Of a stretch of 64,000 nt of DNA, positions 10,375-21,468 are shown one piece after another (the stretch's first letter is position 1; the number at the start of each line of letters is the position of its first letter). The notes beneath the pieces were generated by a model, which was given only the letters and a program-made list of their open reading frames with translations, made no database searches and was not told the origin of the DNA. This stretch comes from a bacterium (GTDB taxonomy: Bacteria > UBA8248), in NCBI GenBank assembly GCA_965221165.1, contig CBDCRP010000002.1, forward strand, positions 832,001-896,000. Reading direction: 5' to 3'. The position numbers were made by a program, and so were the translations under genes.

Positions 10375-12509
10375 GAGGCTGTCTCCTCCTGCGCCGCAGG
10401 TGATTCTTCATGACGTCCCAGCAAGGCCAACGACTCTCCGGCGAGAAGATAGGAATCGCCCGAGTGAATCCGCCAAGTCCACCCTTTTTCATCGACTTGG
10501 GATGTATCCAACACCACCGTCCATCTCTTCTTTCTGTCTTCCTCGAGGAAAACGAAGGGTATCGCTTCATGATGCGCGTTCATGAGCACCAGGAAAGTAT
10601 CACGATTCCTGCCCCCATGCCGAGAAAAAAGATCGCCTCTTGCCGCCTCCCTCAGCCTGAAGCCGAAACACTTCATGTAATGCACATCCCACTCGTGCGC
10701 CCTTAGTTCATGCCCCGAATGGTGAAGCCAGATGACCTCGGCTTTTTCCGGCCCGACCGGGCTTTGTTGCGGGAAAAACTCCGTGCGCCGGAAGGCCGGC
10801 CGGGCCCTGGTCCAGCGGATGAGGTTTTTGACGAAAGAAAGCAGACTCTCGTTCTTTTCCGCCAGTTCCCAGTCCACCCAGGAAGTCTCGTTGTCCTGGC
10901 AATAAGCGTTGTTGTTCCCCGACTGCGTGCGGCCGAACTCGTCTCCCGCCTGGAGCATCGGCACTCCCTGGGCGAAAAACAGGCTCGCGAGCAGATTCTT
11001 CTTGCGCCGCGCGCGCATGGTCGATACGAAGGAGTCGTCCGTCGGACCCTCCACCCCGCCGTTCCAGCTATGGTTTTCATCCGCGCCGTCCTTGTCGCCC
11101 TCCCCGTTCGCATCATTTTGCTTATGCTGAAAACTCACCAGATCCTCGAGCGTGAACCCGTCATGACAGGCGATGAAATTAAGGCCGGCCTGGGGCGCGC
11201 GTCCCCCGGTCTCGAAAATATCGCTGCTTCCCGTCAGGCGGGTGGCGAACTCCGCCGCCTGGCTGAAATCCGCGCGCCAGAACCGGCGCGCCGCATCCCG
11301 GAACTTACCGTTCCACTCCGTCCAGCCTTCAGGGAAATTCCCCAGTTGATAGCCCCTCCCGCCCAAATCCCAGGGTTCGGCGATGAGCTTGCGCTTCGAG
11401 AGAACCGGGTCGTCCGCGATGACCCTGAAAAACGTTGATTTAGAGTCGAAGCCCCTCTCGGTTCGCGCGAGGGAGGGAGCGAGGTCGAACCGGAAACCAT
11501 CCACGTGAAATTCCTCCGCCCAGTAGCGCAGGCTGTCCACGATGAGGCGCAGGACCATCGGGTGTGAGGCGTTCAGTGAATTTCCGCAGCCGGTCGTGTC
11601 GACGTAGCGGGTCTCATCCTTAGGCTCCACGCGGTAATAGACCCGGTTGTCGAGGCCGCGAAACGAGATGTGCGGCCCCCTGAAATCTCCCTCCCCTGTG
11701 TGATTGTAGACCACGTCCAGAATCACCTCGATGCCCGCCCGGTGATACGCCTTCACCATTTCCTTGAACTCATCGACCTGCCCGCCCCTGTCGCCTCGGC
11801 TGGAAAAGCGCGCATCGGGGGCGAAAAAGCCGATCGTCGCGTACCCCCAATAGTTGGAAAGACCCAGTTCGTGGAGACGATGCTCCGAGACCCGGTGATG
11901 AACGGGCAAAAGCTCGATAGCCGTCACGCCCAAATCTTTCAGGTATTCGACCACGGCCGGGTGGCGCAAACCCGAATACGTGCCCCTGAGCTCTTCGGGC
12001 ACGTCGGGATGCCTCATGGTGAAGCCTTTGACGTGCAGCTCATAGATGAGGGTTTCCGCCCAGGGTGTTCGGGGCCGGGCGACGCCCTCCCAATCGAAAG
12101 AAGAATCCACGAGCACGCTCCTGGGGGTCGCATGGGCGTTGTCTCTCGTATCGATGAGGTGGATATCCCCACCCCTGTAGCCATACATCTCCCCGCACCA
12201 GTGGAGATGGCCCGCAATCGCCCGCGCATACGGGTCCAGCAGCACCTTGTGGGGGTTGAAGCGATGCCCCTGCGCGGGCGCATAGGGGCCGTGGGCGCGG
12301 AATCCATAGGGCCGGCCCGCTTCGAGGTCTCCCATCTCCACGCGCCACACGTCGCCTTCCCGAGCAAGAGGAACCCGGGCCGTCTCCTTGCGGTGGTCAT
12401 CCGCTTCGAACAGGCAAAGTTCGACCGCCTCCGCGTTCTCCGAAAAAAGAGAAAACCGCACGCCCCCGTCAATCCACTCGGCGCCCAGGCGCCCTTCCGG
12501 TCGGATCAT
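10371..12509 (-). CDS. glgX: Glycogen debranching enzyme
   Basis: [45 protein letters not shown]. Confidence 0.96.
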   Translation of the reverse strand: MIRPEGRLGAEWIDGGVRFSLFSENAEAVELCLFEADDHRKETARVPLAREGDVWRVEMGDLEAGRPYGFRAHGPYAPAQGHRFNPHKVLLDPYARAIAGHLHWCGEMYGYRGGDIHLIDTRDNAHATPRSVLVDSSFDWEGVARPRTPWAETLIYELHVKGFTMRHPDVPEELRGTYSGLRHPAVVEYLKDLGVTAIELLPVHHRVSEHRLHELGLSNYWGYATIGFFAPDARFSSRGDRGGQVDEFKEMVKAYHRAGIEVILDVVYNHTGEGDFRGPHISFRGLDNRVYYRVEPKDETRYVDTTGCGNSLNASHPMVLRLIVDSLRYWAEEFHVDGFRFDLAPSLARTERGFDSKSTFFRVIADDPVLSKRKLIAEPWDLGGRGYQLGNFPEGWTEWNGKFRDAARRFWRADFSQAAEFATRLTGSSDIFETGGRAPQAGLNFIACHDGFTLEDLVSFQHKQNDANGEGDKDGADENHSWNGGVEGPTDDSFVSTMRARRKKNLLASLFFAQGVPMLQAGDEFGRTQSGNNNAYCQDNETSWVDWELAEKNESLLSFVKNLIRWTRARPAFRRTEFFPQQSPVGPEKAEVIWLHHSGHELRAHEWDVHYMKCFGFRLREAARGDLFSRHGGRNRDTFLVLMNAHHEAIPFVFLEEDRKKRWTVVLDTSQVDEKGWTWRIHSGDSYLLAGESLALLGRHEESPAAQEETAS

Positions 12510-12906
12510 CTTTCTCCCGCTTCCATCAGCGAAAACACTTCGAGAGTCTCCTCTCCCCTGACGTGGTGAAAAAGAGGCTTTTCGCTAAAACACAACTTTT
12601 TTAATCGCCCGCGACAAATAAAAACCGCGAGCCAACGGAACTCATCCGCCCCGCCTCGCCGAACACACCCCGCAATGACCCATCATACGCGAACTTTGTT
12701 GTGGTTTTGTTACACAGATTCGACTCGTGCGCGAACCTCCGCTTTTTCTCTTTCTCGCGCGACGCCCGCAAAATAGAGTCTGGGCGCTCACCCGTCAATT
12801 TCAACGCCTTTCTCGTAACCGGTCCGGTTTCACCTTTTTCCCGGATAGGCTATAGAATCCTCCCGTCCATCAGAAGTTTGTCATCCACCCGAAACGGGAG
12901 AGAATC

Positions 12907-14076
12907 TTGAAGATCATCGACATCCGCGAGACGGTGGTTCCCATTCAATCGGATCTCAGAAACGCGTTCATCGACTTTTCCCTGATGACGGTGAGCGTCG
13001 CCGCGCTCGTCACGGACGTGGTGCGCGATGGGGGGCGCGTCGTCGGCTTCGGCTTCAACTCGAACGGCCGCTACGCCCAGCAGGGGCTTTTGCGCGAGCG
13101 CTTCATCCCCAGGCTCAAGGAAGCGGACCAAGAATCGTTGCTGAACGAGGAGGGGTCGAACTTCGAGCCCGAAAAAATCTGGGACTGCATGATGAAAAAC
13201 GAAAAGCCCGGCGGGCACGGCGATCGCTCCGTCGCCGTGGGCATCATCGACATGGCCGTATGGGACATGGTGGCCAAAATCGAGGGGAAACCGCTCTACC
13301 GCCATCTCGCGGATGCTTATCGCGGCGGCCGCTGCGACGAGAAGGTATCCGTCTACGCCGCCGGGGGCTATTACTACCCGGGCAAGGACATGAAATCCCT
13401 CCAGAACGAGATGCGAAGCTATCTCGATCGCGGCTACACCACCGTCAAGATGAAGATAGGCGGCGAATCGCTCGATGACGACATCAGGAGAATCGAGGCG
13501 GTGCTCGAGGTCGTGGGCGATGGCCGGAACCTGGCGGTGGACGCCAACGGAAAATTCGACTTAGAAACCGCCATTGCCTACGCGGAGGCGCTCACGCCCT
13601 ACGGCCTCCACTGGTACGAGGAGGCGGGCGACCCGCTCGATTACGCCCTTCAGGCCGAACTCGCCCGGCACTACGACAAGCCCATGGCGACGGGGGAGAA
13701 CCTCTTCTCCACCCAGGACGCGAGAAACCTGATTCGCTACGGGGGGATGCGGCCGGGCGTGGATATCCTGCAGTTTGACTGCGCGCTCAGCTACGGCCTG
13801 GTGGAATACCTGAGAACGCTGGATATGGCGGAAGAACACGGCTGGTCGTCCCGTTCGTTCATCCCCCACGGCGGACACCAGCTTTCGCTCAACATCGCGG
13901 GGGGCTTAAGTCTCGGAGGCAGCGAATCCTACCCCGACGTGTTCAAGCCCTTCAACGGCTTCGCCGACGGCGTGGCGGTGGAAGACGGCTGCGTCGGCTT
14001 TCCCGACCTGCCCGGCCTCGGCATCGAGGACAAGGCCGCTCTCAAGGACGTGCTGAAGGAGTTGTCCGAAACCTAG
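12907..14076 (+). CDS. tarD: D(-)-tartrate dehydratase-like enolase-superfamily enzyme
   Basis: Closely resembles, from memory, the Bradyrhizobium D-tartrate dehydratase (GFNSNGRY, EKPGGHG, VKMKIGG, QFDCALSYGL, IPHGGHQ). Confidence 0.8.
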   Translation: MKIIDIRETVVPIQSDLRNAFIDFSLMTVSVAALVTDVVRDGGRVVGFGFNSNGRYAQQGLLRERFIPRLKEADQESLLNEEGSNFEPEKIWDCMMKNEKPGGHGDRSVAVGIIDMAVWDMVAKIEGKPLYRHLADAYRGGRCDEKVSVYAAGGYYYPGKDMKSLQNEMRSYLDRGYTTVKMKIGGESLDDDIRRIEAVLEVVGDGRNLAVDANGKFDLETAIAYAEALTPYGLHWYEEAGDPLDYALQAELARHYDKPMATGENLFSTQDARNLIRYGGMRPGVDILQFDCALSYGLVEYLRTLDMAEEHGWSSRSFIPHGGHQLSLNIAGGLSLGGSESYPDVFKPFNGFADGVAVEDGCVGFPDLPGLGIEDKAALKDVLKELSET

Positions 14077-15077
14077 ACGAACTCGGGCATCACCTCTTTG
14101 GCGAAGCGCTCGAGCGTCCTCAGGACGAGTTCCTGCGGCATCCCCGGCCACTGGACCCGGAACGCCATGTGGTCCACGCCCAACTCGTCGCGGTGGCGTC
14201 TGATGTCCTCGGCCACGTCCTCCGCCGAGCCGATGAGGAACCTGTCGGAGCGCAACTCGTCGAGCGGCATCCTGAGCGTATCGCTCTCGGGCAGCGCCTC
14301 GCTCTGGCCCCACTTCACGTAGACGTTGTATTTCACCGCCAGATAATCCGCGCATTCGCGAAAGGCGCTCTCCCTGTCATCGCCGATGAACATCTCCTTG
14401 ATGACGGGCGTCGCATCGGGCGCGCCCTTGCCCGCGGCTTCGCGTTCTGCGTGAAACATCTCCATCTGACGCTTGAGCGTGTCGAAGCGCGCATGGGGAT
14501 TCAGGAACCAGGCTTCGCTCATTCTGGCGGCTCGCTTCACTGCGCCGTCTCCGTTCGCCGCTATCCAGATGGGCGGCCTGGGCTTCTGGATGGGCCGCAT
14601 GGTGAGCGTGACGTCCTCTAACTGGACGACTTCGCCCGCATAGTTGAGCGTCTCCCCTTCGAGCAGGCGCGTGAGGGCTTCCAGTTTTTCCTCGAACGCT
14701 TTTACGCGGTAGGGTTTTGCGAGTCCGAACGCGCGGTATTCGGGCTCGCGGTAACCGAGCCCCACGCCGAGCACGAAGCGGCCCTTCGTCATGGCGTCTA
14801 GCGTGGCGACCTGCTCGGCCACGTCCACCGGATTGTGAAGCGCCAAAAGCAGAATGCCCGTGCCGACGGTCATATCGCCCGCGTGGGCCGCCACCTGGGC
14901 GACGCTCGGCCAGGTCTGCATCATCCACACGCCCTCGGTGAGGTAGTGCTGGCCGCACCACACGCTGTGAAAGCCCAAATCCCGGATGAGGCGCACCTGT
15001 TCGAGATGCTCCTCCCAGCGTTCTGCGGGGTCATCCTCCAAAGAGTGCTGGTTCATGACGAACATGCCGAATTTCAT
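14073..15077 (-). CDS. LLM-class (luciferase-like) flavin/F420-dependent oxidoreductase
   Basis: MKFGMF start, NPVDVAEQVATLD, GRFVLGVGLGYR, PIQKPRPPIWIAA. Confidence 0.9.
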   Translation of the reverse strand: MKFGMFVMNQHSLEDDPAERWEEHLEQVRLIRDLGFHSVWCGQHYLTEGVWMMQTWPSVAQVAAHAGDMTVGTGILLLALHNPVDVAEQVATLDAMTKGRFVLGVGLGYREPEYRAFGLAKPYRVKAFEEKLEALTRLLEGETLNYAGEVVQLEDVTLTMRPIQKPRPPIWIAANGDGAVKRAARMSEAWFLNPHARFDTLKRQMEMFHAEREAAGKGAPDATPVIKEMFIGDDRESAFRECADYLAVKYNVYVKWGQSEALPESDTLRMPLDELRSDRFLIGSAEDVAEDIRRHRDELGVDHMAFRVQWPGMPQELVLRTLERFAKEVMPEFV

Positions 15078-15096
15078 ATCACCCTCTCGTTTTGTC

Positions 15097-16005
15097 TTAG
15101 GAATCCTTCGTTCCGAAATCATCGGCCAGGGCGATCACTTTTTCCGCCGCCTCGACCACGGGATAGTCGATCATGCGTCCCCCCACGGAGACGCTCGCCT
15201 CCCCGCGCGCCGTCGCCTCCTCGAAGGCGACCACAACCTCGCGCGCCTTTTCGACCTCTTCTTTCGTCGGCGTGAACGCGTGGTTCACGATTTCCACCTG
15301 CCGGGGGTGGATACAGAACTTGCCGAACATGCCGAGCGCGCGGCACCGCTCCGCGCTTACCGCGAGACCTTCCTGATCGTCTAAGGCAATCCACACCGTG
15401 TCGAGGGGTTTCTCGAGGCCTGCGGCGCGCGAAGCCACCGCGATGCGCGAGCGCGGATAGTCGAAGGTGAACTCATCGCGCGGCCAATCGATGTCCAGAT
15501 CGTTGGTATAATCCCCCGCCCCGAAAGCGAGCCCGAAACGCCGCTCCCCCGTATCTGCGGAGGCGATGGCAAAAGCATCCTCCACGCCCCTGGCGTTCTC
15601 GAGGATGGCGAGCAAATGCACGCTCCCCGCCGCACAGCCCGCCTTTCTTTCCGCATCGCGAAGAAGGCGGTCGGCCACGAGTATCTGGCCTGCGTTCTCC
15701 GCCTTGGGCAGCACGATGCCCCGAAGCGCGGGCCCCACCACGGCCCCGATGTCCTCCGCTCCGCAGGCGATGGAAAAGCCCGTCACGTCATCCAGCGGAT
15801 TCACGCGCACGAAAACGTCCGCCCCGTCTTCTTCGGCTATCGTTTTCACAGCCGCCCCGAGCGCATCGCGCGTGGCCGTCTTCTCATCCGCAGGCACCGC
15901 GTCTTCCAGATCCAAAACGACGGTGTCGGCCCCGGCCTTGCCCACCTTGGCGAGCATCCTCTCCCTGTTTCCGGGGGCGAAGAGAATCGTCCGGTAGAGC
16001 TTCAT
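15097..16005 (-). CDS. CitE/HpcH family CoA-ester lyase
   Basis: RTILFAPGN, LDLEDAV, VRVN, LPKAE, GKFCIHPRQV, GRMIDYP. Confidence 0.9.
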   Translation of the reverse strand: MKLYRTILFAPGNRERMLAKVGKAGADTVVLDLEDAVPADEKTATRDALGAAVKTIAEEDGADVFVRVNPLDDVTGFSIACGAEDIGAVVGPALRGIVLPKAENAGQILVADRLLRDAERKAGCAAGSVHLLAILENARGVEDAFAIASADTGERRFGLAFGAGDYTNDLDIDWPRDEFTFDYPRSRIAVASRAAGLEKPLDTVWIALDDQEGLAVSAERCRALGMFGKFCIHPRQVEIVNHAFTPTKEEVEKAREVVVAFEEATARGEASVSVGGRMIDYPVVEAAEKVIALADDFGTKDS

Positions 16006-16455
16006 GAAAAATCTCCTCTTTCTTTCATCGTTTAAGATAATGTGTTTTTACCCCCGATGGCGGCGCTTGCCAAGCCGTAGAGCCCTGCGATGGATTATCA
16101 GGTGTACGCGAAAACCGAAGCCGAGTCGGTCGGAGAGGCGGTTGCGCCACTGTCCAAGAACGTCGTGGCGCTCTTCCAAACCCGGCACGTTATGACAGTG
16201 CGTACTGCGCTCCCCGCGCCAATGCGGTCTCGCGTACGCCACGGCCTAACCATCCTCCGCCTCACGATTGTATCCACCCGGTGGATGCCGTAGAGTGGGT
16301 TTACCGCTGTATGTGTGGCTAGGGTTTCGCTACGGGTCTGGACCGAGCGCCACGTAAAGCCGCAAAAAACGGCAGACACCTTAAGGGATAAAAGACCAGG
16401 GGGGATACACGGGTGTGGGTTTGTACGCCCGTCATGCAAATCTTGAGGTGTCCCC

Positions 16456-17313
16456 ATGACGTTTTTCGCCCTGGCGTTGGTGCTCACCGCTGCTCTTAGC
16501 CACGCCATCTGGAACTTGCTGGTCAAACGCATCAACGGCGGGCCGGAGTTGGTCTGGCTGTTTTCCTCTCTCTCGGTCTTGATATATTTGCCGGTCGCGG
16601 TGGGCGTTTATCTGATAGAGCGCCCCCTCCTGGATTGGCGCGAGGTCGGGTTCTGTATCGGCAGCGCCTTGCTGCATTTGGCCTATTTCCTGCTTCTCCA
16701 GCAGGGCTACCGCAAGGGCGAGTTATCCCTGGTCTATCCGGTTGCGCGGGCGACCGGACCGTTCCTCTCGACCCTGTTTGCCGTCTTTATCCTGGGCGAG
16801 AATCTGAGCCTCCCGATTGTCGGCGGCGGCTTGGCTATCATCGCCGGAGTAGTGTTCCTCACCGGCGGCTTCGGCCGGGCCGCCACGCGGCGCAGAAGTT
16901 CGCTGATGTTCGGGGTCGCAGTCGGCGTACTGATCGGGAGCTACACGGTCTGGGACGCCTTTACGGTCAGCGCTCTCGCCGTACCGCCAATCCTGCTTAA
17001 CTACGCATCGTGCCTTGCGCGAGTTGCATTTCTGGCGCCCTACGCGGTGGGGCGCAAGGAGGTGATGGCGAAGCACTGGCGGGAACACAAAGTCGCCGTG
17101 ATCGGCATTGCCGTGTTCAGCCCACTCGCCTATATCCTGGTGCTGACGGCCCTCGTCTTCACGCCCATCGTATACGTTGCGCCGGCGCGCGAGGTCAGCG
17201 TTCTTATCACCGTGGCGATGGGGTCGATCCTGCTGGGCGAGGGCGAGTTGCGCCAACGCATGGGGTGGGCCTGCCTGATTCTCCTGGGCATGGTGATGCT
17301 GGTGCTGAACTAG
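16456..17313 (+). CDS. DMT/EamA family transporter
   Basis: About 10 hydrophobic segments; HAIWN, LSLVYPVARATGP, VAPAREVS. Confidence 0.88.
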   Translation: MTFFALALVLTAALSHAIWNLLVKRINGGPELVWLFSSLSVLIYLPVAVGVYLIERPLLDWREVGFCIGSALLHLAYFLLLQQGYRKGELSLVYPVARATGPFLSTLFAVFILGENLSLPIVGGGLAIIAGVVFLTGGFGRAATRRRSSLMFGVAVGVLIGSYTVWDAFTVSALAVPPILLNYASCLARVAFLAPYAVGRKEVMAKHWREHKVAVIGIAVFSPLAYILVLTALVFTPIVYVAPAREVSVLITVAMGSILLGEGELRQRMGWACLILLGMVMLVLN

Positions 17314-17614
17314 CGCCACGGCGGGTTTATTCCAGAAGCCCGCCGCCGCCGGCATGAAAGACGCGGCTGTACCATATCTCCCCTGCCTCCGGTGCTACCG
17401 CTCGGGCTGAATTCCGGGATGCGCAACGGTTTGCGCCCCCCGGGCGCTGGAGCGGCTCGGAAACACGATGCGGACGCCCATTGGCCGTTGGTTCTCATCA
17501 CTGAAGCACCAGTGGTCTCATCACACATTGGGATGAACGCTCTCCTTCGTTTCGATCCGCCCGCCACCTGGAATATAATCTCCCCAAACATGACCCCACT
17601 TTCGGAGCCACCCC

Positions 17615-19288
17615 ATGAATCCAGAAGAACTGCTGCACCGCCCCATCACGGAACTGGCCGCCCTCATCGAGGCAGGCGATGCGAAGCCGAGCGAGGTGAT
17701 AGAGGCCCACATCGCCAGAACCGAGGGGCTGGACGCCACCATCAACGCCTTCACGAGAACCACCTTCGAACTCGCGAGAGAACAGGCGGGTCGGCTCGAT
17801 GACGAACTCGCCCGGGGAAACTACCGGGGGCCGCTCCACGGGATTCCCGTAGCGCTCAAGGATTTGCTCGACCTGAAAGGCCACCCGACCACGGCGGGCA
17901 GCAGGATTTTGGGGAAAAGCGCGGCGGGCGAAACGGCGGAGTGCGTGCGCAGGCTCACCGAAGCGGGGGCGGTGATTATCGGAAAAACGAACTTGCAGGA
18001 ATTCGCGCGCGGCGGCACCGGGGCGAACAGCGCTTTCGGCCCGGCGCGAAACCCCTGGAATCTGGATCGCACGCCCGGCGGAAGCAGCAGCGGCTCGGCC
18101 GCCTGCGTGGCGGCGGGGATGGCGGCCGCGGCCTTGGGATCGGACACCGGCGGTTCGGTGCGCCTGCCCGCTTCATTTTGCAATCTGGTGGGCATCCGCT
18201 CCACGTATGGCCGGGTGAGCAGGGCCGGGGCCGTGCCGCTTGGCTTGAGTTTCGACAACGTGGGTCCCCTCGCGCGAACGGTGGAGGATGCCGCCCTCAT
18301 CTTACAGGCCATCGCAGGCCCCGACCCCAAAGACCCGACGACGGGGAACACGCCCCCGCCCGATTTTCTCAAGAGCGTGAACGAGGGCGTACACGGCATG
18401 ACGCTGGGCGTCCCGACCAACCACTTCTGGCCGGGTGAGGACCCGGAAGCGGAGGCCGTCGTCCGCGAAGCCATCGCGCTATTCGAGAAGTTGGGGGCAA
18501 GGCTCATTGAGGTGGAAATCCCCTGGGCGAGGCTCGGCCAGGTCGCCTACGCCGCGACAGTGGGGCCTGAGGCTGCGGAATACCACCGGAAATATCTTGA
18601 AAATCATCGGGGGGAGTACGTCTCCCCCGGAGCTGATTTCTTCGAGTACAGCCTCTTCATTCCGGGCTGGCGGTACGTGCAGGCGCAAAAGGCGAGAACC
18701 TTCTTCATCCGCCAGGCGGCGGAGGTTTTCAGAAGCGTGGACGCCGTGCTCACGCCCACCGTCGCTATCGCGCCCCCAACCATCGCGGATTGTCTGGACG
18801 GCATGAAGATGTGGCCGGTGGTGAGCGACAACACGGCCGCTTTCAGCACCATCGGCAACCCCGTGCTTCAGATACCGTGTGGGTTCACGAAAGCGCGCCT
18901 GCCCGTCGGTCTTCAGATTGCGGGCAGATGGGGGGATGAGGCGCGCCTGTTCCGCATAGGAAAGGCGCTGGAAGACGAGAATCCGCTGTGGAAGATGAGA
19001 CCGCCCGAAATCGACGAACAGCCGACACCCAAAGAATTTTCGGAAGCCTCCGCCCCGCCATCACAAGACGCAGAGGACACAGCGGCGGCGAGCTACATTC
19101 TGGCCATGTCGAAAAGCATGGGCTATGAGCTTGGCGTAGATAAAATCTCGCCGGAGAACCTCGCGCAGGGTGTGGCGAACATGCTCTCAGGTCTCAAGAA
19201 ACTCGACGATCTCGATCTCGATGGTTGCGAGCGCGCGGAAACGCTCAACCTTCTCGAAATGGATTTCGACTCGATCCCGAATCCGTGA
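17615..19288 (+). CDS. Amidase-signature enzyme (GatA/AtzE-like) with C-terminal extension
   Basis: GIPVALKD, PGGSSSGSAA, GSDTGGSVRLPA catalytic motifs. Confidence 0.9.
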   Translation: MNPEELLHRPITELAALIEAGDAKPSEVIEAHIARTEGLDATINAFTRTTFELAREQAGRLDDELARGNYRGPLHGIPVALKDLLDLKGHPTTAGSRILGKSAAGETAECVRRLTEAGAVIIGKTNLQEFARGGTGANSAFGPARNPWNLDRTPGGSSSGSAACVAAGMAAAALGSDTGGSVRLPASFCNLVGIRSTYGRVSRAGAVPLGLSFDNVGPLARTVEDAALILQAIAGPDPKDPTTGNTPPPDFLKSVNEGVHGMTLGVPTNHFWPGEDPEAEAVVREAIALFEKLGARLIEVEIPWARLGQVAYAATVGPEAAEYHRKYLENHRGEYVSPGADFFEYSLFIPGWRYVQAQKARTFFIRQAAEVFRSVDAVLTPTVAIAPPTIADCLDGMKMWPVVSDNTAAFSTIGNPVLQIPCGFTKARLPVGLQIAGRWGDEARLFRIGKALEDENPLWKMRPPEIDEQPTPKEFSEASAPPSQDAEDTAAASYILAMSKSMGYELGVDKISPENLAQGVANMLSGLKKLDDLDLDGCERAETLNLLEMDFDSIPNP

Positions 19289-19295
19289 GAGACGC

Positions 19296-20420
19296 CTAGT
19301 CCGGCTTCAGGAGAACCTTCAGGCACTCCCCCGTTCCCGTGACCTCGATGCCCGCCTGCACCTGGGAGAGCGGCAGGCGATGGGTGAAGATGTCGTCAAT
19401 CGGCAGGTCCGTTCTCAGGAGCATGTCCATCGCCGGTTCGAACTGCACTTGGGGATACGCCCATGAGCCGCAGATATCCACGTCCTTGTTGCACACCTGG
19501 TGGGGCCTGATCTCCACTCCGCCAGGGTCGCCGTAATGCCCGACTTCCACCAGCTTCCCGCCCCGGCGGACGATGTCCAGCCCCTCGGCGAAGGCGGCGG
19601 GAACGCCCGCCGCCTCGATGACCACGTCGGGTCCCACGCCGTCCGTCCAGGAGAGAATCTGCTCTTTTCTCTCCTCTTGGGTGAGCGCGGCGAGGCTCAC
19701 CGTCTTCGTGGCTCCGAACTTTTTCGAGAACGCGAGTCTTTTTTCGGTCATGTCCACCGCGATGATCTCGCCCGCACCCATCGTCTTTAAGGCCGCCACT
19801 ACCAACAATCCGATGGGGCCGACGCCCATGACGGCGCACCGCGCGCCCACGCCGAACCCCTCCCCCGCGTAGGGGATGCCCGGTGAGAGCGAGCGCCCGG
19901 CCGCCCTCTGGGCCACCGCCAGGGGTTCGCAAAGCGTGGCCCGCTCGAGCGAGAGACCCTCGGGCAGCTTCAGGACGAAGGAATTTCCCGGAATGTACAT
20001 ATACTCCGAATACGCCCCGAAAAGGTGCGGCGCCTCGGCGGAGGTGCGAAACCCGAAAACCGTGCGGTTCGGACACAACTGGGGCCGGTGCGGGGTATGA
20101 ACGCAATACCAGCACCTACCGCAAGCCTGGCTGCCCGGCGCCACGGTGATGGCGTCGCCCTCCTTGATGGGGCCGCCCACGATCTTCATGGCCGAATTCG
20201 CCAGAGGCCCCATCTTCTCGACGATGCCGCTGAACTCATGCCCCGGAATCACCGGCCACGTCACGTTCAGGTTGCCTCCGTACATGTGCTTGTCCGAACC
20301 GCAGACGCCCACGGCGGCCACCCGCATCAAAAGGGTGTCATCCTCAATCTCGGGCATGGGATATTCGCGCAGGGCGATTTCGCCCGGCTGTAGAATCGTG
20401 GCGGCCTGAACGGTGGACAT
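19296..20420 (-). CDS. Zn-dependent (MDR) alcohol/sugar dehydrogenase
   Basis: CGSD, GHE, CGRCWYC..C, GVGPIG; AGGAGG before ATG 20420. Confidence 0.9.
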   Translation of the reverse strand: MSTVQAATILQPGEIALREYPMPEIEDDTLLMRVAAVGVCGSDKHMYGGNLNVTWPVIPGHEFSGIVEKMGPLANSAMKIVGGPIKEGDAITVAPGSQACGRCWYCVHTPHRPQLCPNRTVFGFRTSAEAPHLFGAYSEYMYIPGNSFVLKLPEGLSLERATLCEPLAVAQRAAGRSLSPGIPYAGEGFGVGARCAVMGVGPIGLLVVAALKTMGAGEIIAVDMTEKRLAFSKKFGATKTVSLAALTQEERKEQILSWTDGVGPDVVIEAAGVPAAFAEGLDIVRRGGKLVEVGHYGDPGGVEIRPHQVCNKDVDICGSWAYPQVQFEPAMDMLLRTDLPIDDIFTHRLPLSQVQAGIEVTGTGECLKVLLKPD

Positions 20421-20571
20421 CGAATATGCCTCCTGAGAGTGAAAACTTGAACACATGAAAAACCGACGCGAAGCGTCTCGGGAAGTTGTTATCAGAGCTA
20501 CTTTAGCGTATCTCTGATTCCCGCCACAACGAAGGTGACGAAGGCGAACCGGAACCTTTTGAGGAAAATCC

Positions 20572-21435
20572 ATGACGCTCGAGAAGACGCTCGCCATTTT
20601 CGGCTATCCCCTGGGGCATACGCTCTCGCCCGTCATGCACAACGCGGCGGCGCAGGCGCTTGATTTGCCCTACCGCTTCCTGGCGTATGAGGTGCATCCG
20701 GACAAGTACGAAGAAGCGGTTCGCGGCGCAGGCGCGATGGGTTTCGCCGGTTTTTGCGTCACCATCCCCCACAAGGTGGCCACCTTCCGGCTCGTGGATG
20801 AAGTAAGCGAGGATGCGAGGCTCATGGGCGCGGTGAACATGGTGACGTTTGAGAGCGGCGGCAGGCTCAAGGGCCACAACACCGACGGCTCGGGCTGGCT
20901 CCGCTCCCTGGAAGAGGAAACGGGCGTCTCTCCTCAAGGGAAAAGATGTCTTTTGCTGGGCGCAGGCGGAGCCGCGCGGGCCATCGCCATCAAGATCGCT
21001 CAATCAGGAGCGGCGCGCGTCGAGATTCGAAACCGCACGGCGGAGAAGGCCATATCCCTGGCGCGTGAGGTGAAATCGCATTTCCCAAAAGCCGAAATCC
21101 ACGGAGGCGGCCTCGATGCGCTTGAATCCGCCGCCCGGGGGCGGGATATTATCGTCAACACGACGAGCCTGGGGATGTCCGGCGATAAAGAAAGGGAGGC
21201 GGCCTGCTGTCTTCCCGAGGAATATATACCGTCTGATAGCATTTGCGCCGACGCGGTCTACAGCCCGCTCGACACCCCGTTCTTGAAGGCGGCCCGGAGA
21301 AAAGGGGCGCGCGCCGTCTCGGGCATCGGATGGCTTTTGCACCAGGGAGCCCTGGGCTGGGAGCTTTGGACGGGCACGCAGATGCCCATCGAGCATGTCC
21401 GGGTGAAGATGCTCGAAGCCCTACAGAGCCGATAG
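20572..21435 (+). CDS. aroE: Shikimate dehydrogenase
   Basis: HTLSPVMHN, VTIPHK, GHNTDG, GAGGAARA, NRT. Confidence 0.88.
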   Translation: MTLEKTLAIFGYPLGHTLSPVMHNAAAQALDLPYRFLAYEVHPDKYEEAVRGAGAMGFAGFCVTIPHKVATFRLVDEVSEDARLMGAVNMVTFESGGRLKGHNTDGSGWLRSLEEETGVSPQGKRCLLLGAGGAARAIAIKIAQSGAARVEIRNRTAEKAISLAREVKSHFPKAEIHGGGLDALESAARGRDIIVNTTSLGMSGDKEREAACCLPEEYIPSDSICADAVYSPLDTPFLKAARRKGARAVSGIGWLLHQGALGWELWTGTQMPIEHVRVKMLEALQSR

Positions 21436-21468
21436 AATCCACCAAAAGAAAGGAGCCTGAGAAATTTC

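Noticed and set aside
16006-16455. Small ORFs (e.g. 16090-16293) or ncRNA upstream of the DMT gene
   Set aside because: No recognisable motif or convincing structure
17493-17524. TCTCATCAC direct repeat before the amidase
   Set aside because: Only two 9-mers, no regulator nearby; may be chance
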